Positions 1-9,440 of a stretch of DNA of 64,000 nucleotides are shown in pieces. This DNA comes from an uncultured Acidobacteriota bacterium. Its GTDB lineage: Bacteria; Acidobacteriota; Thermoanaerobaculia; Multivoradales; UBA5704. A program made the translations under genes and the position numbers. How positions within the stretch are numbered: the stretch's first letter is position 1; every line of letters starts with the position of its first letter. The DNA lies in NCBI GenBank assembly GCA_963700145.1, contig OY969474.1:2432001-2496000 (forward strand), read 5' to 3'. The notes beneath the pieces are model-generated. The model saw only the letters and a list, made by a program, of their open reading frames with translations. It ran no database searches and was not told the DNA's origin.

Positions 1-109
1 GTACCCACTCCATTCGCCGGGCCCCGGGCCTTCCCGCTGTCCTCAACTTACGCACTTCGCCTTCCGACCCAGCCCATCCGGCCGTCGGCGAAGCGCCCGT
101 GTCCTCGAC

Positions 110-709
110 CTACTCGCTTCGCCGGCGTGACTTGCCCTTTTCGCCTTCGAGCTCGATCCCGCGCTTGCCGAGGAGCTTCTTGAGGCGGGCGTAGATGTTC
201 TCGCCGAGGAGGGAGTTGGCGGTGGTGGTCAGGTCGCGCAGCACGGTGCGAAGCTCCTCGGAGCCGCTCCAGTGGCGGCGGGCGTAGGTCTCCAGCTCGC
301 CGCCGAAGGCCTGGGAGAGGACTGCCGCGGCGAGGACCAGGTCCTCCAGGTAGCCGGCGCCGCCGATCAGCGCTTCGGGCAGGAGGTCGGTCGGCAGGAC
401 GAAGTAGGCCAGGGCGCCGCCGATCAGGGCGCGCGTCGGGCCCGGGACGTTCTTGTCGAGGGCCAGCCGCACCAGCAGCATGAAGACGTCGGGGACGAGA
501 AGGAGCGCCTTGAGCGCCTTGCCCGAGAGCTTCCCGCCCTTGCTCTCGGCGGTCTGCACCACCCGGCCGCGCAGCCGGTCGTAGAAGGAGAGGAGGCCGG
601 TCGAGCGCAGCTCGCTTTCGAGCTCGGCGCCGCCGCGGACGAGCGCCGTCTCCGAGCGCTCCTCCGCCGCCGCGATCTCCACGTCAGGGTCCTTCGTCAC
701 GTTGGCCAT
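110..709 (-). CDS. DUF1232/YkvA family membrane protein
   Basis: Motif GALAYFVLPTDLLPE..IGGAGYLEDL typical of DUF1232; GGAGG RBS upstream. Confidence 0.8.
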   Translation of the reverse strand: MANVTKDPDVEIAAAEERSETALVRGGAELESELRSTGLLSFYDRLRGRVVQTAESKGGKLSGKALKALLLVPDVFMLLVRLALDKNVPGPTRALIGGALAYFVLPTDLLPEALIGGAGYLEDLVLAAAVLSQAFGGELETYARRHWSGSEELRTVLRDLTTTANSLLGENIYARLKKLLGKRGIELEGEKGKSRRRSE

Positions 710-751
710 GATCCCCCTCCAGCCGCAAGTGGCGTGCCACGCACGCGCCCT

Positions 752-1738
752 CTAGAAGATATACGCAATCGCGAACCCCACCTGCGCCGCCATCAACATC
801 AGGTACATGTGGCGCCAGGAGGGGTGGTTCTCGGTCGCGGTGAGCGAGGAAGGATCGCGCACCAGGAGCCAGACGGTGTAGCAGCCCCAGAGGGTCAAGA
901 GGACCCCCAGGGCGACCAGCAGCACCGGGTTGCCGGTCAGGATCGGCAGGCTCGGGTCCTTGGGGTCGCGCAGCCAGATGCCGAGCGGCACCAGCAGCCA
1001 GGGGAGGACGAAGAAGGGGCTCATGATCCAGGCCGCCTTCTTGACGCCGTGGATGATCGGCAGCGTGTGGCAGCCGCCGGCGCGGTCGCCCTCGATGTCG
1101 GCGAAGTCCTTGGTCGAGGCGGCGCCGAGCAGGAACAGGGCGAAGACCGCGCCGATGTACCAGGGCTCGGCGTACCAGACCGGCGCCACCATCCCCCAGC
1201 CCGCCACCTTGAGCAGCATGCCGCGCGGGATGGCGATCGTCCAGTTGGCGAGCATGCCGCGGGTCTTCGTCCGCCCGAGCTGCGGCGCCGAGTAGACGAA
1301 GGTGAAAAGGAGCCCCGCCAGGTAGATGAAGAAGCAGGCGCGCAGGCCGATCGGCGCCTGAAGCTTCTCGGCCAGCGTGTCGTAAGGGTAGGGCACGACC
1401 AGCCAGACCGGGATGAGCGCCAGGGCGTAGAAGACCCAGGTGAACCCCCACGCCTCGCGCAGCGTCAGCTCGCCGGTCACCAGCGGCCGCCCCGGCTTGT
1501 TGAGGCGGTCGATCTCCAGGTCGTAGACCTGGTTGATGGCGTTCGAGGCCGCGTTCATGAAGGCGGCGCAGAGCGAGCCCAGGGCCACGGTGCCGATGAC
1601 CGCCCAGGTGAGGCGACGCGCCGGATCGGGGTTGTGGGCCGAGCCGAAGGCGCAGATGGCCCCCGAGACGATGCCCAGGAGCGGCGGCAGCAGGGTGAAC
1701 GGGCGGGCGAGCCGGACGTAGAGGGGGAGCTTCTGCAT
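752..1738 (-). CDS. UbiA-family prenyltransferase
   Basis: Real start inside ORF 752..2806 (MQKLPLYVRLARPFTL; GTG at 1747 is an alternative). Asp-rich motifs NQVYDLEIDRLNKPGRPL and KDFADIEGD; multiple TM helices. Confidence 0.88.
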   Translation of the reverse strand: MQKLPLYVRLARPFTLLPPLLGIVSGAICAFGSAHNPDPARRLTWAVIGTVALGSLCAAFMNAASNAINQVYDLEIDRLNKPGRPLVTGELTLREAWGFTWVFYALALIPVWLVVPYPYDTLAEKLQAPIGLRACFFIYLAGLLFTFVYSAPQLGRTKTRGMLANWTIAIPRGMLLKVAGWGMVAPVWYAEPWYIGAVFALFLLGAASTKDFADIEGDRAGGCHTLPIIHGVKKAAWIMSPFFVLPWLLVPLGIWLRDPKDPSLPILTGNPVLLVALGVLLTLWGCYTVWLLVRDPSSLTATENHPSWRHMYLMLMAAQVGFAIAYIF

Positions 1739-1743
1739 CGCGC

Positions 1744-3105
1744 TCACCGTACCAGGGGCGCCAGCGCCATCGCGGCGAGCGCCCCGATCAGGGTGTTGAG
1801 GAAGTTGACCGCCTCGTTGTCGAGCCAGCCGCGCTTCTCGATCGTCGCGCCGACGACGCTCTCCAACGTCGAGCCCAGGAAGGCGGCGAGGACCACCGGC
1901 AGCACGCCGGCCCACGGGTAGAGCCCCACCGCCGCCCCGAGCGCCGCGACGACGAGCGACGCGGCGACGCCGGCGAGCGTGCCTTCGAGCGACACCGCCC
2001 CCTGCGTGCCGCGCGGCACCGGACGGAGGGTGGTGATCAGGAAGGTGCGGCGGCCGAGGAGCTGGCCGATCTCGGAGGAGGCGGTGTCGGCGGCGGCGGT
2101 GGCGAAGGCGCCGGCGAAGGCGAGGGCGAAGAGCGCCGGGTGCGGCGTCACCGCGGCGAAGAGGGCGCACGCCGCCGCGACGCCGCTGTTGGCCAAAGCG
2201 TGGCGCGCGCCGCGCCGCCCCCCCGCCTCCTGCGCCAGCTTCGCCGCCGCCTTCTTGCGGTAGCCGAGCTTGGTGGCGGCGCTGCCGAGGACGAAGAAGG
2301 CGACGAGGAGGAGGAACCCGCGCCAGTCGAGGAAGGCCCAGATCGCCGTCCCCAGGATCCAGCCGGCGACGACCCCCGAGACGTTCACCGTGCGCGCCGC
2401 GTAGGCGGCGGCGGCGAGGGCGGCGTTGACCGCGGCGCCGATCAGCAAACGCGCGCCGATACCGCTCGCCAGCCACCGCTCCCATCCCCCTTGCGTCAGC
2501 AGCAGACCGAAGAGGAAGAGCCCGGTCAGGAGCGGCACGCCCAGGTTGTCGTCCAGCCCCTGCGGCAGCGACTCCAGCCAGGCGGCGAAGAGCGCTGCCG
2601 TCGCCGCCACCGCCACCGCGAAGGGCCACTCGTAGCGGCCGGGCGCCGTCCAGAAGAGCAGCCCCGCCGCCGCCACCGTGCCGAAGAGGACGTACGCCGC
2701 GCTCCCGGCCCAGCTCTTCCGCGGGTTCCAGGGCAGCTTCCGCCGGCCGAGCGTCATGCCGACGACCGAGGCCATGCCATCGCCGAAGGCGAGGATCCCC
2801 CAGCACGCCGCCGCCACCTCCAGCCGCCGCCAGAAGAGCAGCACGAGGAGGAGCACGGCGAGCGGGTAGAGGACGATGCCGGCCGAGCCGCCGGCCGCGA
2901 GCTCGGCGTCGCGCCAGAGGCGCCGGCCGCCGACCCGCGGCAGCAGGTAGAGGTTCATCAAGAGGGCCGAGCCCGCCAGCACCGCCGACCAGAACGGCCC
3001 GAGCGGCCGCAGGGCGAGGGCGAAGAGCCCGGTCCCCATGTGGACGGTCTTGCGCAGCAGCTCGCGGCGCAGGAGCGCCGAGCCGGGGGCGGGCGCCGGC
3101 GTCAC
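1744..3105 (-). CDS. Phytol/dolichol kinase-like (CTP_transf_1) domain fused to DUF92 (phytyl-phosphate kinase-like) domain
   Basis: N-half: RKTVHM, GDGMASVVG..GRRKLPWNPRKSWAGS, DDNL. C-half DUF92 motifs: RRGARHALANSG, ADTASSEIG, GAVSLEGT, NEAVNFLNT. GTG start overlaps the upstream stop (GTGA). Confidence 0.82.
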   Translation of the reverse strand: MTPAPAPGSALLRRELLRKTVHMGTGLFALALRPLGPFWSAVLAGSALLMNLYLLPRVGGRRLWRDAELAAGGSAGIVLYPLAVLLLVLLFWRRLEVAAACWGILAFGDGMASVVGMTLGRRKLPWNPRKSWAGSAAYVLFGTVAAAGLLFWTAPGRYEWPFAVAVAATAALFAAWLESLPQGLDDNLGVPLLTGLFLFGLLLTQGGWERWLASGIGARLLIGAAVNAALAAAAYAARTVNVSGVVAGWILGTAIWAFLDWRGFLLLVAFFVLGSAATKLGYRKKAAAKLAQEAGGRRGARHALANSGVAAACALFAAVTPHPALFALAFAGAFATAAADTASSEIGQLLGRRTFLITTLRPVPRGTQGAVSLEGTLAGVAASLVVAALGAAVGLYPWAGVLPVVLAAFLGSTLESVVGATIEKRGWLDNEAVNFLNTLIGALAAMALAPLVR

Positions 3106-4106
3106 CGCTTCCACTGCCCGGTCTCCTCGAGCCAGCGGAAGGTGGCGGCGAGCCCCTCGTCGAGACCGCGGGCGCGCCAGCCGAGGTCGGCCGCGGCGCG
3201 CGCCGAGTCGTAGGCCCAGTCGTGGCGGTAGACCTCGACCAGGTCGGGGGTGAGCTTCGGCGTGCCGCCCGTCAGCCGCGCCCATCCCTTCTGCGCCGCG
3301 CCCAGCGCCTTCGCCAGCCCGTCCGGCATGCGGCGGCGCGGCACCGGCACGCCGGAGAGCCGCTCGACCGCGCCGTAGAACTCACCGAGCGTCACGTTCG
3401 GCCCGCCGAGGACGTAGCGGCTGCCGGGCGCCGCCCGCTCCAGGACCGCCGCCACGCCGCGCGCCACGTCCTCGACGTAGGCGTAGCTCCAGCGCCGCTC
3501 GGCCGACCCGACGAGCGCCGGCAGGCGCTTGTGGAGGAGGTCGAGCAGGTGGCGCACCACGATGTTGCCCTCGGTCATCTCGCCGGGGCCGTAGATCACG
3601 CCCGGGTAGACGACCGCGACCGGCGCCCCCTCGGCGATGGCGCGGCGGGCCAATCGGTCGGCCAGGGTCTTGGTCTCCTCGTAGGGGTTGATCCAGGGGC
3701 GGTCGGCGGCGGTGTCGGCCGCCTCGTCGAGGACGCCGCCCGGCGCCCGCTCGGAGGGGCCGAGGGCGATGAAGCTCGAGACGTAGACGACCTTCCCGAC
3801 GCCCGCCGCCCGCGCCGCCGCCAGCACGTTCTCGAGCCCGCCGACGTTGACGCGCTCGAACTCGGCGCGCGGCGCCAGGATCTTGACCAGCGCCGCGGCG
3901 TGGACGACGGCCTCGCACCCCGCGGCCGCCCGCGCCAGGCTGTCGCGGTCGGTGACGTCGCCGGCGGCGAGCTCGACGCCTCCGGGGAAGGGCGCGCGGG
4001 CCCCGGCGCGTGGCCGCACCAGCAGCCGCAGGGCGTGGCGCGGCGCCAGCTCCTCGACCAGGCGGCGGCCGAGGAACCCGGTGCCGCCGGTGACGAGGAC
4101 CCTCAC
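3102..4106 (-). CDS. Extended SDR, NAD-dependent epimerase/dehydratase (farnesol dehydrogenase/HpnA-like)
   Basis: TGGTGFLG, YEETK (YxxxK), VYPGVIYGPGEMTEGN. Confidence 0.8.
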   Translation of the reverse strand: MRVLVTGGTGFLGRRLVEELAPRHALRLLVRPRAGARAPFPGGVELAAGDVTDRDSLARAAAGCEAVVHAAALVKILAPRAEFERVNVGGLENVLAAARAAGVGKVVYVSSFIALGPSERAPGGVLDEAADTAADRPWINPYEETKTLADRLARRAIAEGAPVAVVYPGVIYGPGEMTEGNIVVRHLLDLLHKRLPALVGSAERRWSYAYVEDVARGVAAVLERAAPGSRYVLGGPNVTLGEFYGAVERLSGVPVPRRRMPDGLAKALGAAQKGWARLTGGTPKLTPDLVEVYRHDWAYDSARAAADLGWRARGLDEGLAATFRWLEETGQWKR

Positions 4107-4124
4107 GCCGCGGCCGCGCTCCGG

Positions 4125-5399
4125 CTACCGCGTGACGCGCACCTGCAGGTTGGAGAACTTCCAGCCGACCGGCGGGAAGTAGGCGCCGTCGGCCACACCG
4201 GCGAGCCCGAAGTTGAGCTTCACCGGATTGCCGTTGCGCTCGGCGAGGTCGAGGTTGAAGGCGGCGCTGGTGACGTCGGCGATCACCGCGTCGTTGCGGG
4301 AGACCACCATGCGCAGCGTCGCGGTCTGGGTGTCGTAGACGATCTTGACGTGGTGGACCGCTCCCTCCTGCCAGCCGGTGCCGAACTTGATCGCCGGCTC
4401 GACGACCGCGCTCCCCTGGTCGACCAGGGTGCGCGAGCGCATGCCGCGCACGAAGCTGCCGAAGTAGAGGGTCTTGTTGAAGCGCTGGCCGCCGGTGTGG
4501 AACATGCCGACGAGGCCGGTGAAGTGGGTGGTGAACTTGCTGATCCGCACGTCGAAGTCGATGGTGGCGGCGCGGTAGGCGCGGTCCGGCACCAGCGGCA
4601 GGGTGAAGGTCATCTGCGAGTTGGCCGGGGTCGGCGCGAAGAACTGCTTCGGCCGGTCGATCGAGACGGTCTCCACCACCGGCTGCGGCGGCGCGTCGAG
4701 CGGGTAGAGCAGGCGGAAGGCGCGGGCGTTGTCGCCGACGAAAGTGCCGTAGGCGTAGAACGGCTGGTTGCACGAGACCTCGGCGCGCAGCCCGCCGGCG
4801 GCGGGGAGCGAGAGCAGCCTTGCGAACGGATCGTCCATCACCCGGTGCGAGAGCGGCAGCACCTTCACCTTGTCCACCGGGCCGAGCGGCGAGCCCTTGG
4901 GGCGGAGGAGCTTGACGTTGCAGGTGGCGTTGGCCTCGGCGAAGTTGAGGATCTCGAGGTTCGAGTGCCCGGCGGGATCGCGCGCCAGCCCCTGGATGTG
5001 GGCCGTCTCGCCGGCCTTGAACCAGTTGTCCTCGGCGAGCACCGGCAGCGCCCAGGTCATCGTGTCGTCCCCCTGCGGCAGGAAGAGGACGCCGGTGTTG
5101 ACCTGCATCCCTGCCCCCTGCACCTTGAGCATCCCGGCGCCGCGGATGAACCCGGAGACATCGAAGACGTTCGGCTTCTCGTCGTTGTCGACGTCGACGT
5201 CGAAGCCGGTGGCGCGGGAGCCGTCGATCCCGGTGTCGATGAAGATGGGGGCGAGGCGGCGGGGCCCGCCCCGGCTCACCTCCAGCTTCCACTCGGCGCG
5301 GCGCAGGCCGTCGAGGTCCGGGTTGGGGATGTAGTACGTGCCCGCGGCGGCGGGGAGCGCCAGGGCGGCCAGGGCGAGTGTGAGCGCGAGCTGCTTCAT
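4125..5399 (-). CDS. Secreted hypothetical protein, beta-rich
   Basis: Signal peptide MKQLALTLALAALALPAAA; normal codon bias; AGGAG RBS; TACAAT upstream. Confidence 0.7.
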   Translation of the reverse strand: MKQLALTLALAALALPAAAGTYYIPNPDLDGLRRAEWKLEVSRGGPRRLAPIFIDTGIDGSRATGFDVDVDNDEKPNVFDVSGFIRGAGMLKVQGAGMQVNTGVLFLPQGDDTMTWALPVLAEDNWFKAGETAHIQGLARDPAGHSNLEILNFAEANATCNVKLLRPKGSPLGPVDKVKVLPLSHRVMDDPFARLLSLPAAGGLRAEVSCNQPFYAYGTFVGDNARAFRLLYPLDAPPQPVVETVSIDRPKQFFAPTPANSQMTFTLPLVPDRAYRAATIDFDVRISKFTTHFTGLVGMFHTGGQRFNKTLYFGSFVRGMRSRTLVDQGSAVVEPAIKFGTGWQEGAVHHVKIVYDTQTATLRMVVSRNDAVIADVTSAAFNLDLAERNGNPVKLNFGLAGVADGAYFPPVGWKFSNLQVRVTR

Positions 5400-5467
5400 G
5401 ACGGCTGCCTTCTCCTACGAAATGGCGTCGGGGACGCGAGGAAGTCGGGGGATTGTACCAGAGCCGC

Positions 5468-6367
5468 TCAGCCGCGGGCCTGGACCGCGGCCCAGAGGTC
5501 GGCGAGGGCGTCGTCGAGGGTGCGCTGCGGCGCCCAGCCGAGGGCGCGCAGGCGGGAGGCGTCGCCACGGAGGAGGGGCAGGTCGACGGGGCGGACGCGG
5601 GCGGGGTCCTCCTCGACGCGGGCCTCCACGCCGGCGACAGCCAGCAGGCGCGCGAGCGCTTCGGCGATCGAGGGAGCGCAGCCCGAGGCCACGTTGTAGA
5701 CCCCGCCCGGCTCCCCGCGCTCTACGAGCAGGGCCAGCGCCTCGGCGCCGTCGGCGACGTGGACGAAGTCGCGCCGGGGCGTCAGGTTCCCCACCCGCAG
5801 CACCGGCTCCTGCTCGCCGCGAGCGATGGCGCGGAGCTGGGTGGCGAAGGCGGGCAGGGCGAAGCTCGGCGCCTGCCCGGGCCCGACGAGGTTGAAGCAG
5901 CGGGCGACCACCGCGCCGGCTGCCAGGGCGAGCCGCTCGGCCGCCACCTTGGTCAGAGCGTAGGGGGTGAGCGGATCGGGCGGCCGCTCCTCCCCGATCG
6001 GCTGCTCCGCCTCGGGCACCGCGCCGTAGACCTCGGCGCTCGAGGCCACGACCGTCCGGCGGCCGGCGGCGGCCTCCAGCAGGTTGGCGGTGCCGCCGAC
6101 GTTGATCTCGACGTACTGCGGCATGCGGTGCCAGGAGTCCCCGACGTGGGAAAGGCCGGCCAGGTGGACGACGACCTCGGGGTCGGCCTGCCGCACCACC
6201 TCGCCGAGCCGCGGCAGATCGCGCAGGTCGGCCTCGTAGCACTCGACCCCTGGCAGGTCCGGCCGGCCGTCCACCCAGGTGCCGGCGACCTCGTGGCCGC
6301 GGGCGGCGAGGGCACGGGCGAGGACCGGCCCGAGGAAGCCGCCGACGCCGGTGACCAGGACGCGCAA
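5468..6367 (-). CDS. rmd: GDP-6-deoxy-D-mannose reductase / NDP-sugar epimerase (Rmd-like)
   Basis: TGVGGFLG, HLAGLSHVGDSW, YALTK, VGNLTPRRDFVHVAD; directly downstream of gmd. Confidence 0.7.
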   Translation of the reverse strand: MRVLVTGVGGFLGPVLARALAARGHEVAGTWVDGRPDLPGVECYEADLRDLPRLGEVVRQADPEVVVHLAGLSHVGDSWHRMPQYVEINVGGTANLLEAAAGRRTVVASSAEVYGAVPEAEQPIGEERPPDPLTPYALTKVAAERLALAAGAVVARCFNLVGPGQAPSFALPAFATQLRAIARGEQEPVLRVGNLTPRRDFVHVADGAEALALLVERGEPGGVYNVASGCAPSIAEALARLLAVAGVEARVEEDPARVRPVDLPLLRGDASRLRALGWAPQRTLDDALADLWAAVQARG

Positions 6368-6382
6368 GCGCTTCGCGGTCCG

Positions 6383-7378
6383 CTAGACGGCTGCCACTTC
6401 GGCGGGGCGGCGGCGGCGCGCCAGGGTCTCGCGCCAGTAGTCGAGGAGGTCGGCGACCGTCTGCTCGAAGGGGATGCGCGGCTCCCAGCCGGTGTCGGCG
6501 CGGAACTTCGAGCTGTCGCCGATCAGGATCTCGACGTCGGAGGGGCGGAGGCGCTCGGGGTCGACCTCGACGTCCACCTTCACCTTCGCCAGGCCGACGA
6601 TCATCTGCAGCAGCTCGCGGATCGAGATGCCGCGGCCGCTGGCGATGTTGTAGACCTCCCCCGGCCGGCCGCGCTCGACCGCCAGCCAGTAGGCCCGCAC
6701 CATGTCGCGCACGTCGGTGAAGTCGCGGACGGCGTCGAGGTTGCCGACCCGGATCACCGGCCCCTGCATGCCGTGCTCGATGGCCGCTACCTGGCGGCAG
6801 AAGTTGGAGGTGACGAAGGGGTGGCCGCGCCGCGGCCCGGTGTGGTTGAAGCCGCGGGTGCGGATGACCTTCAGGCCGTAGCTCTGGAAGTACTGGTAGC
6901 CGAGGAGGTCCTGCGCCACCTTGGAGACGGCGTAGGGCGACAGCGGCCGCAGCGGGTTGTCCTCGGTGATCGGCACCTCGTGCGGGAGCACCAGGCCGTA
7001 CTGCTCGGAGGAGCAGGCGATCTGCACCACCGGGTCGAGGCGCAGGGCGCGGATCGCCTCGAAGAGGTTGACCTGGCCCTGGACGTTGGTGGTGAGGGTC
7101 TCGTTGGGGGCCGTCCAGCTCGACGGCACGAAGCTCTGCGCCGCCAGGTGAAAGATCGCATCGGGACGCGAGCGCTCCAGCGCCTGTTGGATCGAGCTGT
7201 AGTCGCGCAGGTCGGCCTCGAGGAGCTGCACGGCGCCGCCGTCGATGTGGTCGAGGTTCTCCATGCGGCTGCGCCAGCGGTGGGTGCCGAAGACCTCCAC
7301 CTCGGGGTGCTCCTGGAGAAGGAACTCCGCCAGGTGGGAGCCCGCGAAGCCGGTGATGCCGGTGATCAGGACGCGCAT
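6383..7378 (-). CDS. gmd: GDP-mannose 4,6-dehydratase
   Basis: TGITGFAGSHL, HLAAQSFV, SPYAVSK, FNHTGPRR, GNLDAVRDFTDVRD. Confidence 0.8.
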   Translation of the reverse strand: MRVLITGITGFAGSHLAEFLLQEHPEVEVFGTHRWRSRMENLDHIDGGAVQLLEADLRDYSSIQQALERSRPDAIFHLAAQSFVPSSWTAPNETLTTNVQGQVNLFEAIRALRLDPVVQIACSSEQYGLVLPHEVPITEDNPLRPLSPYAVSKVAQDLLGYQYFQSYGLKVIRTRGFNHTGPRRGHPFVTSNFCRQVAAIEHGMQGPVIRVGNLDAVRDFTDVRDMVRAYWLAVERGRPGEVYNIASGRGISIRELLQMIVGLAKVKVDVEVDPERLRPSDVEILIGDSSKFRADTGWEPRIPFEQTVADLLDYWRETLARRRRPAEVAAV

Positions 7379-7394
7379 ACGGAAGTCTCCTTCT

Positions 7395-8249
7395 TCATCC
7401 TCTGCCCCGCCGGAGGGCCGTCAGGTACTCCACCAGTCCCCACCCCCAGGGCTCGACCCGCCGGCGGAGCGCCCGCTCGCAGCGGCTGACGTCGAGCACC
7501 GAGTAGGCGGGGCGCGGCGCGGGGCGGGGGACCTGCGCGGTCGGGACCGGGACCACCTCGACGTCGCTGGCCCAGAGGCGGGCGATCTCGTCGGCGAAAG
7601 CGTACCAGGAGACCGGCTCCCGGTTGCGGTAGTGGACGACGCCGTCGAGCGCCAGGGGCGCCAGGTCGAGGACCGCCCGCGCCAGGAACGGCGTGTAGGT
7701 CGGGCAGCCGACCTGGTCGTCCACGACCTCCAGGCGCCGCGTGCCCTCCGTGATCTTGCGCACGATCGTCGCCGCGAAGTTGGGCCCGCCGGGGCCGAAG
7801 AGCCAGCTCGTGCGCACGACGAGCGCCCGCGGCGCCGCGAGCGCCGCCTCCTCCCCGGCGAGCTTGCTGCGGCCGTAGACCGAGAGCGGCGCGGTGGCCG
7901 CCTCCTCGGCGTAGGGCGCGGCGGCGCGCCCGTCGAAGACGTAGTCGGTCGAGAGCTGGATCAACCGCGCGCCGGCCTGCCGCGCGGCGTCGGCGACGTG
8001 CGCCACGGCGCGGCCGTTGACCTCGGCGGCGCGCTCGGGCTCGCTCTCGCAGGCGTCCACCTTGGTGAAGGCGGCGCAGTTGACGACCAGCTCGGGGCGG
8101 AAGGTCTCGGCCCAGTAGAGGAGGCGGTCGCGGTCGCGCACGTCGGCCTGCCCGCGCGGCAGGGCGAGGGCGGCGAAGTTGCGCGCCCGCGCCTCCGCGA
8201 CGAGCGCCCGGCCGAGCATGCCGGCGCCGCCGAAGATCAGCGTGCGCAT
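7395..8249 (-). CDS. rfbD: dTDP-4-dehydrorhamnose reductase
   Basis: GGAGMLG, NCAAFTKVDACE, STDYVFDG, YGRSK, VVDDQVGCPT. Confidence 0.93.
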   Translation of the reverse strand: MRTLIFGGAGMLGRALVAEARARNFAALALPRGQADVRDRDRLLYWAETFRPELVVNCAAFTKVDACESEPERAAEVNGRAVAHVADAARQAGARLIQLSTDYVFDGRAAAPYAEEAATAPLSVYGRSKLAGEEAALAAPRALVVRTSWLFGPGGPNFAATIVRKITEGTRRLEVVDDQVGCPTYTPFLARAVLDLAPLALDGVVHYRNREPVSWYAFADEIARLWASDVEVVPVPTAQVPRPAPRPAYSVLDVSRCERALRRRVEPWGWGLVEYLTALRRGRG

Positions 8250-8259
8250 GAGCTGGACT

Positions 8260-8364
8260 TGTCATCCCGAGCGTGAGCGAGGGATCTGGGGGCAGGGTGG
8301 CGCGACACCGCCACGCCCTCGCGCCGCCCCCCGCCCAGATCCCTCGCTATCGCTCGGGATGACA
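8260..8364. repeat. REP-like inverted pair (GTCATCCCGAGCG..GCGAGGGATCT family)
   Basis: tgtcatcccgagcgtgagcgagggatctggggg ... ccagatccctcgctatcgctcgggatgaca; intergenic. Confidence 0.85.
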
Positions 8365-8370
8365 TCGGCG

Positions 8371-9438
8371 TCAAGTGATCCCCACCTCGGAGTTGTCCCC
8401 CAGCATGAAGCGGTAGGCCTTGGGCTTGTAGTCGGTCTTGACGATGCGGACGTTGCGGCCGACGAGCGACCCGTCGATGCGCAGGGGGATGTCGCGGATC
8501 TCGCAGTCGGAGAGGACGATCGAGTTCTCGATCTCGCAGCGCACCAGGGTGCAGCGCTCGCCGATCGAGGTGTAGGGGCCGACGAAGGCGTGCTCGAGGC
8601 GGGTGCCGTCGCCGATCACCACCGGCCCGCGGATCAGCGAGTCCACGATCTCCACCCCCTCGCCGAGCTGCACCCGCCCTTCGATCTGGCTGCCCTTCCC
8701 CACCTCCCCGCCGCGCCGCACCTCCAGGGTCTCCAGCACGATGCGGTTGGCCTCCAGCATGTCCTCGAGCTTGCCGGTGTCCTTCCACCAGCCGCGCACG
8801 ACGTGCGGGTGGACGTCGAGGCCGCGCTCGATCAGGTCCTGGATGGCGTCGGTGATCTCCAGCTCGCCGCGCGCCGAGGGCTTGATCCGGTTGACCGACT
8901 CGAAGATGTGCGGGTCGAACATGTAGACGCCGACCAGCGCCAGGTCGCTCTTGGGCTCCTTGGGCTTTTCGACCAGCCGCCGCACCTTCCCCTCGGGGGT
9001 CAGCTCGGCCACCCCGAACTGCTCCGGGTTGTTGACGTGGGCGAGCAGGATCTCGGCGTTGCAGCCGAGGGTGCGGAACTCCTCGACCAGGCCGGTGATG
9101 CCGCCGGCGATCAGGTTGTCGCCGAGGTACATGACGAAGGGGTCGTCGCCCAGGAACGGCTCGGCGATCTTGACCGCGTGGGCGAGGCCGCGCGGCGCGT
9201 CCTGCTCGATGTAGCGGACGCGGGCGCCGAAGCGCCCGCCGTCGCCGACCGCGGCGCGGATCTCCTCCTTGGTCTCCCCCACCACGATGCCGATCTCCTC
9301 GATCCCCGCCGCCACGATCGACTCGATGGCGTAGAAAAGGACCGGCTTGTTGGCGACCGGCACGAGCTGCTTGGCCGAGGTGTAGGTGAGCGGCCGCAGC
9401 CGCGTCCCCTTGCCGCCGGAGAGGATGAGCCCCTTCAT
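8371..9438 (-). CDS. rfbA: Glucose-1-phosphate thymidylyltransferase (long form)
   Basis: Start MKGLILSGGKGTRLRPLTYTSAKQLVPVANKP inside ORF 8371..11919; WWKDTGK; C-terminal hexapeptide repeats. Confidence 0.92.
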   Translation of the reverse strand: MKGLILSGGKGTRLRPLTYTSAKQLVPVANKPVLFYAIESIVAAGIEEIGIVVGETKEEIRAAVGDGGRFGARVRYIEQDAPRGLAHAVKIAEPFLGDDPFVMYLGDNLIAGGITGLVEEFRTLGCNAEILLAHVNNPEQFGVAELTPEGKVRRLVEKPKEPKSDLALVGVYMFDPHIFESVNRIKPSARGELEITDAIQDLIERGLDVHPHVVRGWWKDTGKLEDMLEANRIVLETLEVRRGGEVGKGSQIEGRVQLGEGVEIVDSLIRGPVVIGDGTRLEHAFVGPYTSIGERCTLVRCEIENSIVLSDCEIRDIPLRIDGSLVGRNVRIVKTDYKPKAYRFMLGDNSEVGIT

Positions 9439-9440
9439 CG

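Noticed and set aside
3102-4106. Hopanoid biosynthesis gene hpnA
   Set aside because: No shc/hpn genes nearby; the context points to prenyl-alcohol metabolism, so no symbol was assigned
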